Virus record (IMG/VR): IMGVR_UViG_3300037294_000405 | Coordinates: 91,283-155,282 of that record | Source: a virus | Strand: one strand, 5' to 3' | Length of the DNA: 64,000 nucleotides | In this document: positions 60,147-64,000 of the stretch, in pieces | Position numbering within the stretch: the stretch's first letter is position 1 | Layout: every line of letters begins with the position of its first letter | The notes under the pieces: model-generated | What the model was told of the DNA's origin: nothing | The model's database searches: none | What the model saw: the letters and a program-made list of their open reading frames with translations, nothing else | Program-made: the position numbers and the translations under genes

Positions 60147-60581
60147 ATGGCAAAGTACGAAGAACCGTTTGAGGAAACTCAAGATTTGTATAACCAGTTA
60201 GTTGAACAAGCTGGGTTATCTAATTTCGTTAACATTACAATCTTAACTAACAACAAAGCTAAAGAGATTTTTAAAGTTAACAAAGCTAACGAATTATTAA
60301 AATACAGAACTGGTGATGATATTATCATCGTTTTGAATGAGAAAATTTTCGACCAATTAACTGAAGAACAAAGAACAATCGTTGCTGAAGAATCATTATC
60401 AAGTATTCATTTCGATGGAGAAAAAGATAGAATCATTATTAGTAAACCAGATGTTGTTACTTTTAGTGGAATATTGGCAAAACACTCTTTTGATAAATGG
60501 AATGTGTTAAGAGAATCGATTACAACTCTTTATAACGCTGAAAAGAGAGAAGATGATGAAGTAGCTGCTATCACCAGATAA
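60147..60581 (+). CDS. Phage metallopeptidase-like fold protein lacking HExxH
   Basis: DIIIVLNE..FDQL..EQR...EESLSSI...KPDV..FSGIL layout. Confidence 0.5.
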   Translation: MAKYEEPFEETQDLYNQLVEQAGLSNFVNITILTNNKAKEIFKVNKANELLKYRTGDDIIIVLNEKIFDQLTEEQRTIVAEESLSSIHFDGEKDRIIISKPDVVTFSGILAKHSFDKWNVLRESITTLYNAEKREDDEVAAITR

Positions 60582-61006
60582 TGACTAGGGATGAAGTAGC
60601 AAGTTTAAGTCCTAACTCGATTTTATGGGATGACTTAGACGAAGCAATTGTAGGGTTAGCCGAAAGAAGTGATTTCGGTCCCCTAGTTGTTTACGATACT
60701 AACGGTGAAATACCTGTTAAATTAGACCAAGAATTTTATGAACCATTTGAGGAAGATGAGGATAAATATGATTATTGGGGTAGAGCAACATTTGAAGGTG
60801 TGGTAGTTTATGATACGAACAAGATAATTGGGTTGTTGATGAAAGACATGGAAGTTGATGAAACTGAATTATTTGAAGGTGAAACAATCGATACAGCAAA
60901 ATACATGATGGCGTTAGAGTATTTCGATTACAACATTGCTGGTGGGTTTGTTGGGCCAATGACACCAATTCATTTAATGTTTGAATCACCAGAAGAATTA
61001 AATTAA
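60581..61006 (+). CDS. Hypothetical conserved phage protein
   Basis: LDEAIVG...VYD...ALEYFDYNIAG.FVG..TP. Confidence 0.65.
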   Translation: MTRDEVASLSPNSILWDDLDEAIVGLAERSDFGPLVVYDTNGEIPVKLDQEFYEPFEEDEDKYDYWGRATFEGVVVYDTNKIIGLLMKDMEVDETELFEGETIDTAKYMMALEYFDYNIAGGFVGPMTPIHLMFESPEELN

Positions 61007-61020
61007 TCTAAAACAAAAAT

Positions 61021-61743
61021 ATGAATTATACAAACGAATTTAAAGATTACGCCACCAAACATATTGGTGTTACTGAATATGAGTTTGCTAATTGGGAACG
61101 ATTACAAAACTCAATATATAATCCAACTGTTATGTCGACATTCCAAGGAGCAAACGCTTCTTTGACACCATACATTTTGGAAGAAAGAGAAATGCGTGTA
61201 ACGCAAATGGATATTTTTTCTAGATTAATGATGGATAGAATCATTTGGTTAGCTGGTCCAGTAAACGATAGAATGAGTACTGTGGTACAAGCACAATTGA
61301 TGTTTATGGATAACTTAGAAGTAAGAGACATCACACTTCACGTAGACAGTCCAGGTGGTTCAGTAAAATCTGGTTTATCAATTGTTGATGTTATGAACTA
61401 TATATCATCTGATATTGTCACCATCAACACAGGTATGGCTGCAAGTATGGGAAGTATCCTTTTAGGTGCTGGAACCAAAGGTAAACGTTATATGTTGCCT
61501 AACTCTAGAGTTATGTTACACCAAGTATCGACTGGTGCTTCTGGTAACATTCAAGATATTAGAGTATCAATAGCTGAAGGTGAAAAATATAACGATAAGT
61601 TATTCGGCTTGTTAGGTCAATATACTGATAAAGACCCAAAACAAGTTATGGAAGATGCTAGTCGTGATTTATGGTTAGATGCTGAAGAAGCATTAGCTTA
61701 CGGTATAGTTGATGGTGTTATTACAACAAAAGCAAAAAAATAA
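61021..61743 (+). CDS. clpP: ATP-dependent Clp protease proteolytic subunit
   Basis: DIFSRL..DRII, SPGG, GMAASMGS (Ser), MLHQ (His), RD (Asp). Confidence 0.96.
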   Translation: MNYTNEFKDYATKHIGVTEYEFANWERLQNSIYNPTVMSTFQGANASLTPYILEEREMRVTQMDIFSRLMMDRIIWLAGPVNDRMSTVVQAQLMFMDNLEVRDITLHVDSPGGSVKSGLSIVDVMNYISSDIVTINTGMAASMGSILLGAGTKGKRYMLPNSRVMLHQVSTGASGNIQDIRVSIAEGEKYNDKLFGLLGQYTDKDPKQVMEDASRDLWLDAEEALAYGIVDGVITTKAKK

Positions 61744-61753
61744 TACAAAATAC

Positions 61754-61858
61754 TTGCATTTTATTAAAAATGTTCGTACCTTTGTAAAAACATTTAGAAT
61801 ATGTGAGTTTTTTAATCGGAACTCACATATTTATAAATAACAAGTTCTTTAATTTTAT
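61754..61858 (+). promoter_or_regulatory. tmRNA leader: host-type promoter, late motif and boxA-like element
   Basis: TTG-N20-TACCTTTG (61754-61784), ATATTTATA (61827), GTTCTTTAATTTTAT (61844-61858). Confidence 0.7.
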
Positions 61859-62216
61859 GGGGATACCACGGTATTGACTGAATATAGTCGTAAACTGTAA
61901 GCATGTAGTGCTAGATTGGAAGCACTTTAATCTGTCTATTAAAACAATGAATTGACAACGATTTTATCGTATCAGAAAATTTCCTTACTGAAGCTACATG
62001 TAGCTTCGCTGGAGAGGTAGCAGTAGCCTAATTATTGCAAATAGTGGTAAACCACTAGATAATGGTAGTCCATTGATGATGGTAATCCATGTGGTGAGAA
62101 GCTTAAATTTCACGGTAAAAGAGGTAGCAAAGATTGCCAGTTAATGAATTGGATAAACATGTAGAAAGCTTTTGAAGAATGTTCAACACAGGGGTTCGAT
62201 TCCCCTTATCTCCACC
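61859..62216 (+). ncRNA. ssrA: tmRNA
   Basis: Acceptor stem GGGGATA/TATCTCC-A with G3:U70; GG-TATTGAC D-loop analogue; T-arm GGGG-TTCGATT-CCCC; internal tag ORF ending AVA*; 358 nt. Confidence 0.93.
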
Positions 62217-62271
62217 TAAACTTTTTTGTACTTTTCAGTTTTCTGAGATATTTATTATTAAAGAAACTGAA

Positions 62272-62907
62272 ATGGCAAGAAAAGAAAAAACAATACATTA
62301 CATATATAAGACAACATGTAATATAACAGGACGATGGTACATCGGAATGCACTCAACAAATAATCTGGAAGATGGTTATATGGGTAGTGGTAAAATTCTT
62401 AGACATAGTATTAGGAAATATGGTGTTGAAAACCATACCAAAGAAATACTTGAATATCTTCCATCAAGGGAAGAATTGATTCTTAGAGAACAAAAAATTG
62501 TAAACAAAGAATTAATTGGTGATGGAAAATGTATGAACCTTAGAGAAGGTGGTGGTGGTTTCGGTGATGCGGAGCACCAACTAAAATGTTCAAAGGCTGG
62601 TAATGAAGCATTTTTAAAACGTTTTAAAACTGATAAATCATTAAGAATTGAAACATCAGAAAGAATGTCTTTTATTATGAGAAAAAAACATGCAAATAAT
62701 GAATTAAAATATGATAACTTTAAAGGTGAAAAACATTTAGATGAAACTAAACAAAAAATGTCTGAATCATCTAAATGTACTGGTGTCGGTGAAACAAATA
62801 GCCAATACGGTACTTGTTGGATAACCAAAGACAATGTGAATAAAAAAATTAAGAAAGAAGACTTTGAAACCTATCTAAATGAAGGTTGGGTCAAAGGAAG
62901 AAGTTAA
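62272..62907 (+). CDS. Seg-like GIY-YIG homing endonuclease
   Basis: YIYKTT...YIGMHST...DGYMGSG, RE, MNL..GG. ATG at 62272 preferred because the track's start lies inside the tmRNA. Confidence 0.88.
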   Translation: MARKEKTIHYIYKTTCNITGRWYIGMHSTNNLEDGYMGSGKILRHSIRKYGVENHTKEILEYLPSREELILREQKIVNKELIGDGKCMNLREGGGGFGDAEHQLKCSKAGNEAFLKRFKTDKSLRIETSERMSFIMRKKHANNELKYDNFKGEKHLDETKQKMSESSKCTGVGETNSQYGTCWITKDNVNKKIKKEDFETYLNEGWVKGRS

Positions 62908-63004
62908 CAATTATTGTTTATAACTACTGCCCCTTACCATGGATAACAGTAATAATATGCCTAATATAATCGCTTATATTAGGCATTTTCGTTTTATTTA
63001 GGAA

Positions 63005-63031
63005 TAAAAAAAGGACCCCGAAAGGTCCTTT
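63005..63031 (-). terminator. Terminator hairpin for the minus-strand microprotein (possibly bidirectional)
   Basis: A8-ggacc-ccgaaa-ggtcc-ttt. Confidence 0.7.
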
Positions 63032-63047
63032 AAATTTTTAAGGGGTA

Positions 63048-63116
63048 TTATTTACTTGGGGGTGTTGTTGGTACCCCGCCTACTCCTGGTTTTGGTTTTC
63101 CGCATCCGCATCCCAT
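63048..63116 (-). CDS. 22-aa microprotein MGCGCGKPKPGVGGVPTTPPSK (absent from track)
   Basis: GC-rich island with an upstream TATTTAT motif and a downstream hairpin on the same strand. Confidence 0.6.
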   Translation of the reverse strand: MGCGCGKPKPGVGGVPTTPPSK

Positions 63117-63193
63117 GTTTTCTAAGTTTTTATTTAAGTGTTATTTTTTATAATAAATACTTGATTAAATTAAATTAAATCGTATATTTGAGT

Positions 63194-63409
63194 ATGTTTA
63201 AAAAGAAATATAGTATATCCATGTTAGATAGTAAATGGATTCCGTTAAAAAGAAATATAAAATTAAGTATTATCCCAAGAAGAGACGAATATATTTGGAT
63301 TGATGAAAAATATTTTATTGTTCTTAATATTGTACATTCAATAACCAATAAGCAAGAGGTTTTTATCGTTGTTGAGGAACAAGAAAATAATGGGTTACGA
63401 TTTAATTAA
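63194..63409 (+). CDS. Hypothetical protein
   Basis: 71 aa from the ATG at 63194. Confidence 0.55.
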   Translation: MFKKKYSISMLDSKWIPLKRNIKLSIIPRRDEYIWIDEKYFIVLNIVHSITNKQEVFIVVEEQENNGLRFN

Positions 63410-63524
63410 AATATTTATGAAGACCTAAAAGAAATCAATGGGTGTGAATATCGTTGTTTTTATAGGGTTTTTGGTTGATTATATAGACCAAGTTAAAAAA
63501 AAATAAAAATAATTGAAAAAAAAC

Positions 63525-63588
63525 TTGACATAGAAGTAAATAATTCGTACCTTTGTGTATATTTATTTTAAAACGTTCTTAATTTTAT
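63525..63588 (+). promoter_or_regulatory. Stable-RNA-type leader: host promoter, late motif and boxA-like element
   Basis: TTG-N20-TACCTTTG (63525-63555), ATATTTAT, GTTCTTAATTTTAT (63575-63588); same order as before the tmRNA. Confidence 0.7.
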
Positions 63589-63597
63589 TAAAAAACA

Positions 63598-63886
63598 TTA
63601 TCTAAAAAAGATGGATTCTGCAACCAAAACAGACACAACTATGATTCTAACCAGTTTGTGTTAACAACTATAACCTTTGATGAAAAGGACTTGGACGTTG
63701 AGTAACCAACAGAGTAAGAAGAGGTGGAAAGGTTACCACTAAAAAAAATATCTACCGTCATTACCACCCCAATAGGTGCAAGTAGGATGTAGTCGAAGTA
63801 TAGTAGACTCTCGCCAAAGCGAAGCCGAAGACGTAAAAAGGGTTAATCCGCTGGGATGAAAAACGCAAAAAACCATCTTGAGATAA
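63598..63886 (+). ncRNA. Candidate structured ncRNA with paired ends (copy 2)
   Basis: ttatct-aaaa-aagatgg pairs with ccatctt-g-agataa; ATTCTGCAA follows the stem; GC-elevated with no credible ORF. Confidence 0.62.
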
Positions 63887-63967
63887 GATATTATGGGATA
63901 GGGTTATTATCTGGACAGTCTGAAAAAGACAGGGTATAAAATCTGGACAGTTCCAAAACACATTGAC

Positions 63968-64000
63968 TAAAGAATCTATTCAGCAATTAACAAAAAAAAA
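63968..64000 (+). ncRNA. 5' end of candidate ncRNA copy 3 (truncated by window)
   Basis: taaagaatct-ATTCAGCAA. Confidence 0.45.

Noticed and set aside
62186-62216. tRNA-like T-arm and acceptor end
   Set aside because: It is the 3' end of the tmRNA; no anticodon arm. I recognised no standalone tRNA in the window.
782-62834. Numerous short antisense ORFs (e.g. 782-994, 3529-3861, 44731-45204, 46386-46874, 49037-49492, 62376-62834)
   Set aside because: They lie opposite well-supported genes and have the Ser/Leu/Phe-rich composition of shadow frames.
63761-63961. 66-aa minus-strand ORF
   Set aside because: No promoter or leader support and atypical composition; it lies antisense to the candidate RNA locus.
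1-64000. Stop-codon reassignment, as in some large phages
   Set aside because: Long genes are intact in the standard code. The breaks seen are explained by split inteins, A-runs or a single TAA.
1-64000. CRISPR array
   Set aside because: The tandem repeats (20371, 46546, 49134, within 38506-39414) are in-frame coding repeats without unique spacers. The 30241 nuclease has no cas context.

Overview
AT-rich (visibly well under 40% GC), densely coding window from a large T4-like/jumbo myophage genome read in the standard genetic code. The host is most likely Bacteroidota: there are recurrent TTG-N20-TAnnTTTG promoters, A-rich leaders without Shine-Dalgarno sequences, a short Bacteroidota-type sigma70 and an Hc1 histone H1-like gene. 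Gene order: C-terminal half of a split-intein nrdA; baseplate/tail structural block (2.6-26.1 kb); RuvC-like resolvase, primase, PD-(D/E)XK nuclease, Dda/RecD helicase, SbcD and SbcC (the latter fractured by an atypically split intein); sigma factor; putative head-internal proteins; lysis genes; RNase HII; a split DUF2828 (TROVE/Ro60-like + vWA) gene; DnaJ, ClpP and tmRNA. Most notable: (1) a candidate new ncRNA family (AAGA-stem + ATKCWGCAA motif, closed by ...TCTTG), with one copy directly behind the Ro60-like gene and two in a locus whose promoter architecture matches the tmRNA's; (2) four free-standing endonuclease cassettes that sit inside genes and supply a replacement terminus, stranding the original one; (3) two naturally split inteins at catalytic residues; (4) a tmRNA with a 25-codon tag next to clpP and dnaJ. 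Two ORFs labelled '+' in the supplied track (27808..28554 and 29787..30173) are on the minus strand in the sequence. All family assignments come from motif recognition by eye, not database searches.
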